Position numbers and translations under genes: made by a program | Notes under the pieces: model-generated | What the model saw: only the letters and a program-made list of their open reading frames with translations | What the model was told of the DNA's origin: nothing | The model's database searches: none | Shown here: positions 15,001 to 30,000 of the stretch, one piece after another | How the letters are laid out: every line of letters starts with the position of its first letter | Position numbering within the stretch: the first letter of the stretch is position 1 | Source of the DNA: Bugula neritina | Lineage: Eukaryota; Animalia; Bryozoa | NCBI GenBank assembly: GCA_964035545.1 | Contig: OZ037770.1 | Coordinates: 14,870,642 to 14,934,641, forward strand | Length of the DNA stretch: 64,000 nt | Direction: 5' to 3'

Positions 15001-18000
15001 TTTTGTACTTTGATCAGTCATTTACACTGCCTTCCTTGCATGTTTGGTAAATGTATCTTTGTACTTATTTCTATTTCAATTTATCTTTTATTTTGCTGCT
15101 ACTCTAAGTTACATGTATATCTATATATCAGCATTCTATATTTATTTTATTTTTATTTTATTTTTTCATCAAATTATATTACTCTATGTTATGAGAAGCT
15201 ATTTCATGCTACTTATTTAGGATTATGTCATTTGTGGGGAATTGGTGTATTTCAAATCACTGTTTAGTTGTGTTATAATTTGCATGACAATTGTTTGCTG
15301 CCGAACAGGTTCCAGTGGACCTCACCTCAGTTTGTCGACAGCGTGTTGTTCAAAGTGATGCAAGCCCCTGACCAAATCTCCGATAGTGACGGAACGGGAT
15401 TCGATAGTGGCGAGGGCTCTCCCAACGGTTAGTTCCTACTCTCCCAATAGTTAGCTAGTAATAGATCTAGCAACTGTTCTATCTGTTTGTTATAGCTTAG
15501 GTAACTGCTTGCATTCCTTGCTTCATGTATACGGTTGTTTAAAGTCAGCATGACTCATAAAGTCAGCGCTGCTGACCGAGTCAGCTGATTATTCCGACTC
15601 AGAAGTGAAACTTATTCAGAGTTTCTCATAATCTGATGCGTTGTTAGATACACGTGGTTGTGTTGGCAGGTCATTTTGAACACCAGTTTAACGACGTGGG
15701 CACATTCTACTACACCACCGGGTACATTGGCGAGAAGGAGAACATCGAGATGAGAGGACAGGTTACGGTTGAGGCGAGAAATGCGTTTGTTGCTGATGTC
15801 ACTGTAACTCGTGGAGGCAAAACCGCAGCTATGAACTCCGGTTCAGGTACTTCCTGTTTGAATTTAACTTTAGTTCGGCTGTTAACTAACCGGGTTTGCT
15901 TCACCTTTCGTAACATTTATTTTTTCACAGTTTTTTTATCTTGTATTTTATTATATTATATTGTATTATATTATGTTATATTTTATTATGTTACACTGTC
16001 TTATATTATGCTATACTGTGTTATATTATGTTATTCAGGTGTCACTGCTACTGAGAACGTTAATTGCGCTGGAACTACGGCAGCAATATCAGGATGTTCT
16101 GAGTCGACCGCTGTCAGTCCAACTGAGTTCCAGTTTGCTTACCTCAACTGCCGCACTCCCTCCGTCACTGCTCAGGATGTGATCCAGGGCAATATTGACA
16201 CAGATATCACCTTCACGGGCGACGGTGCGTAACCTCCTTTCTTTAATTATATAGAATACGTTCTATATCGTGATACAGAGTGTAATATATATCGTTATGT
16301 ATATCATAACAATATATATTATATTTTATATATCGTATTCTGTATTATAATAATATATCATATATTATATACATTTACTACTATTATACTACTATATCTA
16401 TCGCTATTACAGCACAGTGCATGGTTTTAGTTCTTACAATGTTCGTGTTACTATTGTTAGTTCTGTATTTGTGACTATATTTAGGATTCTCCACCACGTC
16501 TTGTAACAATGAGATCACCATCGGCGAATACACCTGCGCCATCTCCTCCCAGTCTACCACTGAGTTGGTGTGTAACATGGACGTCAGCCAGGAGCCGGAT
16601 GTGGGAGTTGTGCTCCCTGTCAAGGTGAGTGCCCCGGGAGAAAGATTTAAAAGACATTTGCCTCAGATAAATAAATTGTTTCAAAGGTTTATTTGTGATA
16701 TGAATAATATCTTTCATTCTTCTTGGAGTTGTCCGATCTTTGAGTTTGGAGCTAAAGTTAGTCAACTGGAAACCTTGAAATCTGATTTTTGAAACTACTA
16801 GTTTTATTGCAGTTTAAGTACAACATAGATCTGAATAAAATTATAATGAAATTGTTCGTTGATAGTTGGACAACTAATAGTTGAAATTCTAGATTAAAGT
16901 TATTTGTTAATGAAAATGTTATACATGCTAATGATAAATGAATTTGATTGGTTCCAACAACCTCCCATGGGTGTGGACTTGACAGCACTTACTGATAAGT
17001 CTTTTGCGGGCATAATCAACCAATCAACGCGTCTGATTACATTTTCAGGTCAAGGTCAACAATCTGGGTAACGCTCAAATGAAGTATGAAAATCAGACGT
17101 TTGCCTTGATACCCTCCATTACCGGAATCTCCCCCACATCTGGATCAACCGCCGGTGGCACCAACGTGACAATCACCGGGGCCGGCTTTGTTGGTAAGTC
17201 TGTCTGTATGTCTCTCCGTATGTGTGTCTGTCTGTATGTCTCTGTGTTATAGAGTGAGCTAGAGAAAACCTATTCTGTTTATGATAATTAATCTCTATTT
17301 AGAGTAGCTACACACTCAGGTTAGTTGAGTAACGTGTCTGAATCTGCATTCTCCAACTTTAGGGGTGCTTATAGTTGTTGAAACAGACTTATGGAACCTG
17401 CCATCAATGGGGAATATCTCTCACTCACACTACTGCCATGTAGCAGTGACATTTTTTGTTGAAATCATTCCAAAGCATATTTTGTGCTGTGAACTCTATG
17501 AAAGCTAAACGTGTGAGGCTGCCGAGCTGTGGAGCAGGTAGTAATCTGAAATGATGTGTTGCAGGCGCTAAGACGGTTGAGATAGGTCTGTACCCCTGTG
17601 CCATCGAGTCTGAGAGTTACACTTCTATCATCTGCTCCACCTCTGCTGCCGGCATCACCACCACCGGAGAGCTCAAAGTCATTTCCACCAACTCCTACGG
17701 TGCTGCCGTGCCCGCTGACTGCAAACTCTCTGACTGTGACTTCGAGTATTCTGCTGCCTCCACGCCTTCGCTCACGTCCTTGACATCTCCCACAGACGTG
17801 AGTAGTCATGTGACTATCTTTAGTCATGTGACCAAATTCTGCATTGTTATGAATCTAATCATGGAATTGTGTATTTAGTGTTGTGCTATTGAGTATATTA
17901 CAAATTTATTGTAACGTCAATGATCTCTCCGTCTCCTGTAGGCTATTACCACAGCCTCTACGAGCATCACGATGTCTGGTACCGCCCTGGGCACAGACAC

Positions 18001-21000
18001 GTCTGCTGTGAGCGTGTGGGTGGGCGAGATTGAGGGCACTGTAGACTCAGTATCCGATACGGAGCTCACGTTCACCGTTCCTGCTCTTCCAGCTGGCACC
18101 CACGACACCACCATCTATGTTGACGGACTCGGTAGGTGACTCATCGCTGACTACTGTCGCACACATGACTCATCTGTCTCTATTGTCACTCTTGAGCTGT
18201 GAAGTCTAAAACCTTTTTTGAGAAGTGACCGGCTATTTACATTTAGTTAGTTGTTTGCTCTGTTGCTAGTATTAATATGGCTACGTTCATATAAGTGAGT
18301 TATATATAGGCAGCAGCTAAACATTCTCTTGTCTTCTAAGTTGGGCTTGAAATTTACCTTTAAATTTTCAATAAAGAAGTTTTTCAGTGACACTTAAAAG
18401 TTATTAAACTCGTTCTGGTCCTTGGTTCTTTTGTTGAAAAAGTTTTATTTCCCCGTCACACATGTTTGCTAACCTTTTCCTGCTACATTGCTCCTTGTTT
18501 GCGCTGCCTCAACTGCCTGTCTAAAGATATCAGTTGATTTGTACAAACAGGAAAAGGTGTTGGACCCCAAGTCACAGCTGGACTCGTCGCCTCTGCCATT
18601 TCCCCCTCAGCCGGCTCTGTTTATGGAGGACAAGTTGTTACTATAAATGGTGTCGGGTTCACACCTGAAACTGAGGTCACACTCAACGATGTCGACTGCA
18701 ACGTCACTTCTGTCAGCACAACTCAGGTACGGTATAGTCCGCTGATTGTAGTGGGGGGGAAAAGTTGTACTGTATTTAACTGTTATATATCATATGTATT
18801 GTCTACAAATACAGGTTTGCCATAATGTCTTGTTTATTGTGAAAACTTTTAGATGTGAAAATGTAATGTACCAGTTGACAGTATCAAATGCCAACTGTTC
18901 TAGACTAAGTGCCAATGTCTTTGGGGAGGGGGGGCTGGGACTGCTATTTGAATAAACAAGAGTTCTCAATATATTTCCCACCATATTGACTGTTTAACTT
19001 CAGATATTTCTGTGTGCTTGCGTAGAGCTTATTCTAAACATTTGCTAGTTGCTATGTCAAGGTGTCATGGCTACAGCAGGATATTCCTGTTGCAGATTCT
19101 TTGCGTGTCTGGAGCTTCAGAAGCTGCTGCAGACGCTCAGGTCAAGGTCAATGTCAAGGTCAGTGGTGTCAGCAATGCAAAAGATCTTGACTTTAGTTAT
19201 GACGATGCCATCACACCAAAAGTAAGTTGTTTGGAGAGCATTTTTGTTTATCTGCGTTTTTTGTGTGAAGATCACTTATTGGAGAAAATTATTGCTGATT
19301 TGTTACATGATTTACCTGAGAGAGTTTTCTAAACTTCACAAGAGAACTTCTTGTCTTATAGTTAGGTGGTGTTTTTCTTGTTTTCTTTTCACTTAATATA
19401 TAGATAGATGAGTCGGCTGCTAGTGTTTTTTTGTTGTTTACAAATACTTTCACTATAGACCTGCATTTCTGTATATAAACCTTCTTTGCTGCAGATAACT
19501 GGTGTGTCCCCTGGCAATGGCGTTTCCGGCGACACTATTACTATAACTGGTACAAGCTTCTCCTCTACAGACAGTTCTGTAGACATTGGTAAGTTTCATC
19601 CCCTTACTTTACCAGTTTGACCTGTACTAATGTGGGTATAGTACACTTCTGCCAGTGCTAATGATAGTATAGTACACTTCTATTATTATCACTGCAGACA
19701 TACTACTTTCCCATCAGTAATAATGTCGGTATAATAACTTTCTACCCCCAAAATTGTGTGTATGAATTCGGTTTGCTGGTAACTATGTGGATTTATTACA
19801 CTGTTTGCAGACAGGGTACGAAGATCCTGTTAGAAATGAACAAGTTTTCATACAATGTAAAGGAGAAAATACACTGTTTCTATTAGCAATAATAAAAACT
19901 CTTCAGGGTTGCTTTCCCTTACTTGAAAGTATTCCACTTTGAGCTTCAGGGTAAAGATAGCCGGTGATTTTATTTATAGGAGGCGTGGCTTGTGCTGTGA
20001 CAACGGCGTCTGCTACTGAGATCGTCTGCACTGTGGGGTCAAGGAGACCAGGTGTTGTGAATGTTGTGGTGACGATTGACGGAGTGGGTCTGTCTAACGG
20101 GGACACGGAGTTCACCTACAATCTAGAAGCCTCCGGTCTATCATCAGTCACAGGTAACTTGTTTGTACAGGTAACTTGTCTGTGCAGGTAACTTGTCTGT
20201 GCAGGTAACTTTTCCTTCTGCAGACAAACTTTCATACTCTGGCTAGCCTAAGATTGACAAAGCGTCATTACAATTAAACTTGGAACACCAACTATATTTA
20301 CTTCCTGTACGTTTCAGGAAGTTTTGGCGGTGGACAGGAAGTGACCCTAACAGGAAGTGGGTTCACCGAGGACGCTGTCGTGTTACTCTGTGATGTCGAG
20401 TGTGATGTTGACCAGTCGGGAATCACTACGACGACCTTGACGTTCGTCACTCCATCTATGGAGGATTGTGAGTTGTTTATTGTAGTTCTATGCTGATTCT
20501 GATTGGTTATGAACATTTAGCTGAAAAACTGCAATAGCGGTACTAGGTTGGAGTAGATGACTTTCCAACATGTTTGTATGATCTTTGAGAACAGGGCTAT
20601 AGTTATATGGAATATGATATCACGGGTTGACGATTCCGATTTATAGTGTGTAGCTGAGAAGACAAATTAGCAATCTTAGGTTTATTAATTATAACAACAG
20701 AACGTGTGTCTGTTATGTAGTGGAAGTCTTTGTGATATTGCATGTTGAGTAATCTATATATACTACAGCCTACGGTAGCGGTACTAAGGAGTGCGATCTG
20801 AAAGTGGATATCGGCACTAAGGAATCTATCCTGACGTCTGCCTACACCTACATGGCCTCTCAGACGGCTGTCATCACACAGGTCAGCCCGGCTAGAGGCG
20901 GGACTAAGGGCGGAACCACCGTTACCATCACTGGCGAGAAATTCAGGTTGGAATCCGATTCCTCCAGTTTTGATGTCACATTTCTTTGGGTATTAATTGG

Positions 21001-24000
21001 TTAAAGTCTTTTAACTGTGATGGTTTTTAAGGCTTATTTTGTAAGTAAAACTATAAATTTGTTAGCTTGAATATATATAATAAGGAAAAGATAGTGAGTT
21101 TGTAAGATTTGAAGCTACTATTTAGCAGCAGCAATAGTTAGTTTAGTAGCAAGTGCAAGCAGGAAATATCAGTTTTAAGGAGGTGCATAAAAAGCTATTT
21201 GATTGGGTTATTTATCTAGTTCTAACCAATTGAAATGCACATTATATTATGAGTAAGGTGTATTCTCCGGCAGTAAACTAAATATACTAGAAAATTCTCT
21301 AACCAAGCAATTTGCAAGTACAACTTGTATGAAAAGTGTTTAATCTTTGTCATGTTTGAGTTTAACTAACTATTGATTTATCAGTTTGACTGGCAATACG
21401 GTGACAATCTATGACACCCCCTGTGCAATCTCCGCTGAGTCAGAAACTGAGATTGTGTGTGTGACTGGGGAACCAAATGGCACGAGGAAAGCAAATGTTG
21501 TGGTGGAAACAGTTAACAATGGAGTCTCACTTCTGGTTAGTCATACTGACTCATGTTCAACTAGCAGCTATCAGTGACTTACTCAATATACAATCTAGAT
21601 GGGCTCTTTCTTCAAGCTATCTTTATTTTGCTTTTCTTTAGAGGCACCAAAGTTTCAGTATCAGTTACTCTGTGTCTATCATTGAGCTCTATCACAACTT
21701 TGCCGCTGGCCTAATGCAACTTTGTTTCCTTTGCCATGACATTTGATTATTTAATTAACTATAGTTTAGTAAGATTAAATATGTCTCTATGTAATGCTGT
21801 TTGTAGGAAAACAGTGACTTCTGGTATGTGGATGTATGGTCCTCTGTGTACACATGGGGAGGAAATGCCCCGCCCACTAAAGGTGACTTGGTAGTAATCC
21901 CGCAAGATCAGATCCTGCTGCTCGATGAGGACACAGAAGTGTTGGCAATGGTTCTTATTCAAGGTAGCTCAGTCACTATCTGTGCCTCTCTCTCTCTGTC
22001 ATTCAATCAATCATTTACTCACTCGAAGTAACTCAATATCTCAGTCACTTGCCAATTCTTTTTCCTCTAAGTCACTTGTTCAATTACTCATTCACTCACT
22101 CAGTCATTCATTCAATGACTCACTCATTTATTCACTGTCATTCATTCACTCACTCATTCAATGACTCACTCAATGACTCACTCACTCACTCACTCACTCA
22201 CTCACTCATTTATTCTCTGTCATTCATTCACTCACTCATCCAATGGCTCACTCACTAGCTTAATGGCTAATCAGTCATCTACCCAATTACTTACTTACAG
22301 ACTTTCACTAACTGAGTACTTGTCCACTTAGTCACTCATTTATTTGCTCACCTCATCAATTCTCTATTATTACTCAGCCAGTCTTTCAGTTTATTCCATA
22401 TTCACTCTCTAACTGATTCATTTATTAAATTAATTTTGATCATCCATCTGAACTGTTTCTGTTCGTTGACAAATCATAAAATACACATCCACAGCTAGAT
22501 AATTTAACTATACAAATAGTCTGCTAAAACATTTCGTGAGGTAAACTGAGCTATAAACTCCATCTGTCTGGCAGGTGGTGAGTTGCTGTTTGATGACACT
22601 GACTTGACCTTGAACGCTGAGAACATCCTCATAGTGAACGGAGGCAAGCTGACAGTTGGCACTGAGGAGAAGCCCTTTGAGCACCAGGCGACTATCATGA
22701 TGCACGGTCAGCTCCGAGCGCCTGAACTCCCGATATACGGAGCTAAGTGCCTGGCGGTCAGGGAGGGCGAACTCAATCTCCACGGTCTGTATTCTCACTG
22801 AAGACGTCTGCTTTATAAATCACGTCTGCTTCTATCACCTCACCGTAAATTATGACTGAATATGTGTAAAGCTTCAACTGTAACTTATGAGTAATGTGTG
22901 AAGCACCGGCATTTTTGTAGCAAATAATTATGGTGATTGATTCAATGAAGTAGGTTTCAAAGTTGAAGAACATACGCTTAGCCTTTTATATCATGTGTCT
23001 CTGCTACGTGATAAACTGCTCTTTCTCATATGACTTTGCCAGAAAGGAGTGACGTTTCATGTGATACTATAAATGCTATCATAAACATGCACCATATATA
23101 GTATGTGTTGTACCCTGCACACGTATTATATACTCGGATCTGTACGTGTTGCAGGCAAGTTTATCAGAATGACTTGGACTAGACTAGCTGCCACTGCCAA
23201 TGCCGGAGATAATCAGATTCAGTTGGAATACGGGCAAAGTGATTGGCCAGTTGGCGGAATTATCGCCATAGCAACCACAGGAGATCATCACAGTCAGAAA
23301 GAAACAGAAGTAAAGGAAATTCTCAGCATCAGCGCAGACGGCCGCACCATCACCCTCAACGAGACTCTCGAGTTAGTGTCTATTTCCTCCTTGCGAGTTT
23401 GTGTTCATTTCCTCCATGCGAGTTTGTGTTTATTTCTTCCTTGCGAGTTTGTGTCTATTTCCTCCTTGCGAGTTTGTGTTCATTTCCTCCTTGCGAGTTT
23501 GTGTCTATTTCCTCCTTGCGAGTTAGTATTAATTTTCTCCTTGCGAGTTTGTGTTTACTTTCTGCCGACACCACTTAGAGTTTTATTTGTCTTAGGTCTA
23601 GACTTAGTTCTTTGAATTCAGTTACTTTGTTTAATTTACATATTTCTTGTATTTCAAACTTTTACTTGATAATAATTAGATACTAAAAAGTGGATTACAT
23701 GACAATCAAACCAATTCAGCTAGGATTTCGCAAGAAGTGTTTTTATATATGGTTCTGTGTATCTGTATCTGTAGATGATTATTCATATCTTGTGTTAGGT
23801 ACACTCACCTGGGAGTGACAGCGGAGATGGCTACTGGGTATACTCTGGAGATGAGAGCCGAGGTGGCCCTGCTGTCGCGTAACGTCCGAGTTGTAGGCAG
23901 CAGAGACACACAGTATGAGAAGGAAATTGAGGCTTGTCCGGATGGGTTTGACCCCGGCGAGTTTGCCACTCAAACCTGCTTCCAGGGCAGATTCGGAGAT

Positions 24001-27000
24001 GAGATCGGTAACGACCAGTTTGGAGCTCAGATTATGCTTCACGCTCCGAGAAAGAACGAGAATCTTGCGAGGGCTAAACTGTCGTACATTGAGGTTAACT
24101 ACGCTGGACAGGCGTTCAGGTGAATATACTCGTCTGCGTAATAAATTGAAACTGTAGACAGATTATATTTTTGCTTCCATTAATCTTTACTTAAGACAGA
24201 CTTCCAGGCTTACTTTTTCTATTTATTTCCTCGTTGTTTGTGGGATTTATTGGTGACGTTATGACTTAATTGTTTTTTTACTTATTTCCCAGTAGTTTGT
24301 ACGGTTTGGTAGGGATTTAAAAACAGTTAATTTTCTTATAGTCCTAAAGGTTTAACGCGACCATATCTGTCGTATAGTGCCTCAATGCTGTAATGATTGA
24401 AATTACAGGCTCGGCCGTTACCCAATCCACTTCCATCTGAACGGCGACATGAATGGCTCATACGTCAGAGGGTTGGCCATTCACGAAACGTTTAACAGAG
24501 CAGTGAACGTTCACGGCTCTCACAACATCCTCATTGAGCACACAGTCATCTACAATGTGATGGGTGGAGCCTTCTTCCTTGAGGATGGAATTGAAACTAA
24601 CAACCGATATGAGGTACAGAAAGTACATGAAAGTCTTAGTGTGTTGATGACAAAATTTGCTGACTTGAACATGTTTATTAAAAGCTGATTCATGTATTGA
24701 ACCTAGGCGATCCTTTTTTCATACCACTTTACGCCACTTTTTTTATCATTTTATATTTTCACACATTCAATAATAGATTTTTCATAACATACTTTATGTT
24801 ATTTATAAAAAATTGTTTATTCTGATTGTTTGTTAATTTATTTTTAGTAATTTTTTGATGGTTTGTGTACTTTCAGTACAACTTGGCGCTGTTTGTCAAA
24901 GCCAGTTCGAGTCTTCTCAACGATGACATCACGCCAGCTGCCTTCTGGGCGACAAACCCCGACAATCACTACAAGCACAACGCGGTGGCCGGAGGAACCC
25001 ACTTTGGCTGGTGGTACCGCCTCCTGGAGCACCCCGAGGGACCGAGCGCTACGGACACTGTCTGCCCACGACACGTGCCTCTTGGAGACAGTTACAACAA
25101 CTCAGGTATGTCCCACGAGTGTATAATATAAGTATACGTGTCTCACGGGTGTAAATTATAAGCATAAAAGTCTTAATGCAAGTAGAATGCTTACCCATTC
25201 AAAAACTATGCATGAGAAGTTTCAAATCAGCAACTGGCCCAGTTATTGTTTCACTCTAGATAACTTTCGGAATCAAAACCCTTATTTAAATTGAATTTCA
25301 TGAATGCTTTTAGCTGAGCGCATCTTATCAATAAGTACTTTGTTAATTTGTTTACAACAGCGACATAGTCTTGTAGTCGGCTGCTCATTTGTTTAGTTCA
25401 CTCCAATGGTTGGTTCGGCTTGTGGACCTTCCAGGATTACTATCCAATGGTTGGGGGCGGCTGTGACGCTACAGAGCCCGAGCCCGCTGTGTTTGAGAAG
25501 TTTATTGTGTGGAACTGTGAGAAAGGGCTAGAGTTTGTCAATGGCGGAGCTCTACAGTTCAAGGACTGTCTGCTGGTGGGTCTTTTGTGACTCGTAATGT
25601 TGAAATATTGGAAACTTCACAAAAATATGTCATCGTACTTCTTCAACATCACAGTGTGGCTGAACAAACGCGTTTTATAATCAATATAAAAATATGTCAG
25701 GGCCGTAAAAAGTTCATTGCATATGTGTACTCGTAATTTCGCTGTTAGCGCTCATAAACTGTTCCTTGTTCAATATCTTACGAGTTTTTGTAACTCGATG
25801 TAAAATTGTTGAAAATTTGAAAAAGCATATCCGTATGAGTTTTTTTTTTAAATAAATGCGTTCTATATGGAATATATAATTAATGTTTTGCACGAGGTCA
25901 ATTTTACTAGCTATTGCTACTCATAAACTAAGTATTGCTACTCGTAAACTGGATATTAAACTCGTAAACTGGTGAATATTTTAGGCCAACAACCATCTAT
26001 CAGGACTGGAAGGAAAGAGGACAATGAAACTGGGTTCTGAAGTGCCTTACACAGACCGAGGTCCCTTAATTAGGGACTCGGTGGTAGCTGCATACGTCCC
26101 GGGCCATGAGAACCAAGCCAGTTCTAAACTAGCAATTGTTCTCCCTTGGTCAGAAGGCTTCTCCATAAAGGTGAGTAGTTGTGTCACCAATCTCAGATAG
26201 TTGAAAGTCAAACATGCTGTATCTATTTTAATTTTTCTATGCATCTTCTTGCTGCATAGTCAACACAGACATTTATTCTCACCTAAATGGCGGATGTACT
26301 AGCACAGTCAATAATATTTTCTTACTATAAGAACATTATGTCACTTTCTTTAAAAAGTTGGATTTCAAGGCTACTAGCAGTTCCATTGATATTTTGTTAA
26401 TGGTAGCGATTTATAAAGCATTTTCTCTGGTTGTTAGAACACGGTATTCATCAACTATGACAGTAACACCAGCGTAGTATTTGGTATGACAACCATACAA
26501 GGTACTTGTTCGGAGCTCTGTGGGGCGTACAACTACCATGTGTCACAGTTACAGTTTGTCAACAGCAAGGATCATCTCGGTATGAGTCATGTATAATATG
26601 CCATTATTATTATTTTTCCGTGCTGCATTAACATTACTTGTTTAAAGATATTTTTAATAATAATAATCTTATGACAATGTGGGGGCACTTGAAAGAATTT
26701 TATTGACGTGATGGTTAAATATTTTCTTGTATCCATTAGTTTTATTTTTCAAGTTTTGAGCTGATTAATAGATATTATTGATTTTGTATCTGCATCAAAT
26801 TGCAGTCTTTCTCTGCCACAGTCAACCACATGACGACTCGGGCAGCTTAAGGAGTTTTCCTCTCGCTGCATATGCTCTAAAGTATAACCCAATAGTTTCC
26901 ATAACCCGTCATATGTTCATCAGCAATTAGAGTTTAAAAAATGGCTGACAAAACAGCTTGTATTTTTGTTACATTTTGTTGGCTGGACATTTTCATTTAA

Positions 27001-30000
27001 GGTATCGTTTGTCCACTGTGTACTAGTATCTTAATTCTTGCTCAATTTATGATTATGTGAATAACAAGACTCTCTGTTGCTTATGTCATTTCCTGTGCTG
27101 TACAGTGAACTTCCGTTGGAACTACGACGGCGTATTCCGTGACCTTGACGGGTCGTTGAGCGGTGTAGCCGGGGGTAACGTGCTCACTTGGACTGATACG
27201 CTTGACCCGAGCAAGTGTGTCAAGGATGATAGATTCAGTCAGGGAGCTGCACAGGGCGCCGTCTGCGATGAAACCACACAGTTCGCCAGACTCTCATTCA
27301 ATCAGTAAGTTTAGTGTGTTTTTTATTATGTTGTATTATATTATAATATAATATATGTTATTAGTTAAATATTTGATTTTATTATATTGTTACAATATTA
27401 ATGTAATCTAAAACTTTCTGTAATATATTATCACATTATTTTATAAACTATTATAATATATTACTCTTTTATATGATTATCATACGTTACTATTTATATT
27501 ATTGTATTTTATTGTATTATAACATTATATTGTTATACTATGTTGTTGTACTATTCCAGCCCGAACATGGAGTCGATGTTATTCAAGAACGTTCTCATGA
27601 CCAACGAGTTCGGATATCAAGTCGTTCCGTTTGCTGACAAGAGGATGACTCATAAAGCAGGTAACATAAGTCATGCCTGCCTCTTCAGCCAAAAAAATTA
27701 TCTGTTTCATTATGTTATCCAATAGAATACTATCTTAGATTACATGCTCCAATAGAATTATTGCTTAAATTATATAATCCAATAAAATAATCTCTTACAT
27801 TCTTTGCTCCAATGTAATAATGTGTTACTTTATGTACTTCAGTAGGTTATTGTTCTTGTTTACTGAAATGCAGTAACAGTATGTAGTATAACTTTATGTA
27901 AGGATACAGTATAATAATATTCACTTGTTTATTTTGTGAGATTGAGTGAATCTATGAAGTTGTTATGAAGTTGGATTTTGTAAACTAAATTGTAGAACAT
28001 TTAAACACAGCACACTAGATTATATAACACGAAACATTCATGTAATTGTACCTTATTTAGCAATGTTCGGATTTGGTGTGTAGTTCTGGATTAGTTGTAT
28101 GTAGATAAGAGTGTAGGTAGATAAGAGTGTAGGTAGATGGAAGTGTAGGTAGATGGAAGTGTAGGTAGATAAGAGTGTAGGTAGATGAAAGTGTAGGTAG
28201 ATAAGAGTGTAGGTAGATGAAAGTGTAGGTAGATGAAAGTGTAGGTAGATGAAAGTGTAGGTAGATGGAAGTGTAGGTAGATGGAAGTGAAGGTAGATGA
28301 AAGTGTAGGTAGATGAAAGTGTAGGTAGATAAGAGTGTAGGTAGATGAAAGTGTAGGTAGATGAAAGTGTAGGTAGATGAAAGTGTAGGTAGATGGAAGT
28401 GTAGGTAGATGAAAGTGTAGGTAGATTAAAGTGTAGGTAGAGAAAGAATTATTATGAATGTATGTCATATGCCCTTCTCTCTAGGTTGGACAGCCGTCGT
28501 GGAGATAGGTCAAGACTACGAGATGGCGTGGGAGAATATTGAGCATATCACCAACATCAGCTACGATGCCGGCTTTTATGACATGGTTTGTACTGGCATC
28601 ACATCAACAAATAGTCACATTTTATAATATGTACCTTGTATAATGACACAACACTTGTCTTTGAGTAACATACATTATATGTAATTGATAAGTAAATGAG
28701 AAATTGTATGTACGATTATAAAGGTTTAACATAACACTGGAGTTATAATATGTTAAACTTAATATTAACACGGGTATTTCACCCTTCTATCTGGTCATCT
28801 TCGGAATTGAGATAAAATAGTTTAACTACAAGCCTCAAGTTTCTAATTCCCTTAACATTAAGTGAGAGTATTGATTCGTAATTTTTGCCAATCGTAGCTT
28901 TTTTGTATTTCACTCAATTAAGAAGAGCATTTCTTATGCAGAATAATTTTATTTGATAGCTATTTGTATCCTGCAGTGAATTATTTGCATTCGAACCCAA
29001 ACCAGTTGGTAGTTAGTTTACTTTTGATCCGTTAGAAACCTTGACCTTGTTGTTTCAGAGCGGAGGAAATGTGATCATCACTCATAAGGTGGACGCTGAG
29101 CCCGACCGTGTAAACATCCTCGGCACACCCAGAGAACTCTCGGAGGGCTCCGAAAACCCCCTCAACTATAAACAGAACGTTCACGGAGACTTCTTCTACG
29201 ATAAGAACAATAAGAAAATTTCATACATGGGTAAGTTTTGTATGTAAGTTAATGTAAGTTAGTATGTGAGTCATTGTAAGTGAGTTAGTGTCACCTCTAC
29301 GTTAGAAAAGTTTGTGGCAGAGTATGTATCAGCTTTGTGCAGGAGAGTGTAGTCTCGTTTTGCATAACATTTCATTGCAAGACATGGTTGGTTACAGTGT
29401 CGGACATTAGCAGTAGAGATAAGAGAGAGACGGACAGGAAGTTCGTGGTGCAGAACGTCCAGCCCTCTGCGTACAAGTGCTACTGGCCAGACTGTCAGCC
29501 GCCCCCTGACCCCACCACCCAACCACCCAAAGACGCACGTCCCGATGTTGTTGACATCTGGAGTGACGGTTCCATATGGCCAACTGGCTCCAAACCAGAA
29601 CTTGGCGCGTCAGAAGTTGTCGTTCCTTTTGGTATGACATAGACAATTTTATTTTGACTGTTACGTTTGGTTACGGCAGCATTATGAGTCGGGTACCAAA
29701 GTGAGAGATTTGCATATTTTTTAAGCTTGGAAATGTTTTTGCATAATAGCGTGCGTTGTTTGTAAGCTGTGATTACTCTAATATCTGATTGTCCGTCTTA
29801 CCTTTAGATTACTCCATATTTTAACAAATTGGTCTTGAGAATATTGTATCGCACTATAAGAGCTAGAATAGTTGCCTCAGTTGATTCTGGGAGTTGTCTT
29901 CATGTTTGTACGAAACCCGCTGTTTCAGGACGCTGGATTTTTGTGAATGAGACGCTGATCCAGATTAAGAAGCTCTACATCGACGGAGTTATGGACGTGG

